DNA of 62,568 bases, filler included, from Asterionella formosa (Eukaryota), in NCBI GenBank assembly GCA_002256025.1. It is 14 parts of 14 records of this genome, joined end to end, with 100 filler letters (N's around TTAATTAATTAA, not from the genome) between each part and the next. Parts side by side here need not be neighbours in the genome. Positions count along the whole stretch, not along the records: positions 58,201 to 62,568 come from NKIB01013569.1; 13 more parts are not named here. One strand, given 5' to 3'. Within the stretch, counting starts at the first letter, position 1, and each line of letters starts with the position of its first letter. Shown here piece by piece: positions 61,316 through 62,568 of this stretch. The notes below the pieces were generated by a model. The model did no database searches. It was given only the letters and a program-made list of their open reading frames with translations, and was not told the origin of the DNA. The position numbers and the translations under genes were made by a program.

Positions 61316-62568
61316 TCAATCCTTGGAGAGATTTTCACAATTTTTTGTCTTGTTGTGACTGAATATTTTTATAAACAGAATCATCGCTGTTGTCATGAAA
61401 TGGATGATTATGGCCACTTGATTCAAGGATGGGATACATATTGATATTCTGTTTTACAGTACCTGCAAATTACGAATTATAACATCAAACTTAAATGTTC
61501 ACAGCAAAACTTCTTGGTATTGAAAATAAAACTCACACCCTTTGTGACATTAGATAATTCAATTTTAGCTAAGCGGAAACAAGGTTCTGATAAGGCTGCT
61601 GAAATAGAAGATTCTTGATAACCTCATATGGACAAGCATGTTTTGAAGCGAAATTCAACCTTTGTAGTGACTGAGTTCATTGACCAATTGAAAATACCCT
61701 TTGGAAACTGCAAAGTGTTTTCCTTTAGATTGCCATGTACTTGTTGGTCCATGCGATTAGAAAATTTATGATAAGGAACCATGTTGTCCATCTGCATCTG
61801 GGAGTTATTAATGGTATTATTGACAGGAGTCATTATTCTTGTAGCAATAACTGAAGAAGAAACATCATCATTGCTTTCAGTATCAATTAAGGGGATCCTG
61901 TGTAGCTGATGGTGTCCCCAGGCATTGATGATGGGGTAGTACCCCCACTAACTCCCTGTCGCCTATTGGGTTCCTTTGGATAATTGCCAATTCGCTTTTT
62001 CTTTGTGAACTCATTTTGGTACTTGCTTCTTTGTTCCATACTGGCAGTATTTACCAAATGTCACTTGTTTCCAAAAACCTCTTTATGGTTTTTTGAAGGC
62101 ATTGTACTACTAGATAACTGTTGTCATTTTCAAAAGTTTGATGATCTTAAAATCAGGTGTTGCTACAATGATTTCAAGTGGGTCTGGCCTTGGCAAGGAG
62201 GTGGTGCTAGCAAGATTTGTGGGACCTGTATGATGAGCACCATCACCCTGATAATGCCACGTTGGCTTTTACCAATGCCAGTGGTGCCATTATGGAAGAT
62301 GAGTGGGAAGTTAGGATGGAAGATTTGTTTGCATCATCAGCAGAAATTGAATGTCTACAAGGTGCTGTGGTGCAAGTATTTGTTACTTTGATTCCTTTGG
62401 ACAATCAAGTGGATGTTCATCTTGGTTGTTCTAAATTTTCAGCATAAGGCATTTCACTTATTCTATATAAATAATGACCACAATAATAAGCATGTCAATG
62501 CTACTGCGAATGAACGTGTGTGTTCTGATCAGTATACATGATTATGACCATAATCAATGTTAAAGTAT

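Overview
Eukaryotic nuclear DNA, almost certainly from a diatom: it has GT-AG introns, a fucoxanthin-type LHC with an ASAFAP-like plastid signal, and CoDi-like Copia elements. The window is not one locus. It is 14 contigs of about 4.37-4.39 kb joined by artificial N-TTAATTAATTAA-N linkers, so adjacency across linkers means nothing. Host genes: CCT1/TCP-1 alpha, a small single-pass membrane protein, an LHC (partial), a TBC Rab-GAP, RPS26 (partial, missed by the ORF track), a FAIM-like/UIM putative endocytic adaptor, V-ATPase subunit H (partial), eIF3i and a hybrid-binding-domain RNase H1 with a frameshift. The rest is mostly transposon debris: four Copia pieces, a Gypsy-like gag with its LTR family, Plavaka-, Crypton- and Harbinger-like remnants, and minisatellites. 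Best observations: (1) two Copia elements with unrelated LTRs both lack a tRNA primer-binding site and instead have a 15-16 nt post-LTR sequence perfectly complementary to an initiator-like site inside their own LTR, which is the geometry of Tf1-style tRNA-independent self-priming; (2) four LTR junctions from Gypsy-like and Copia elements sit in the same TACCWGGTA-type motif, which clusters upstream of host genes; (3) those Gypsy-like and Copia LTRs share a 28-nt 3' terminus.
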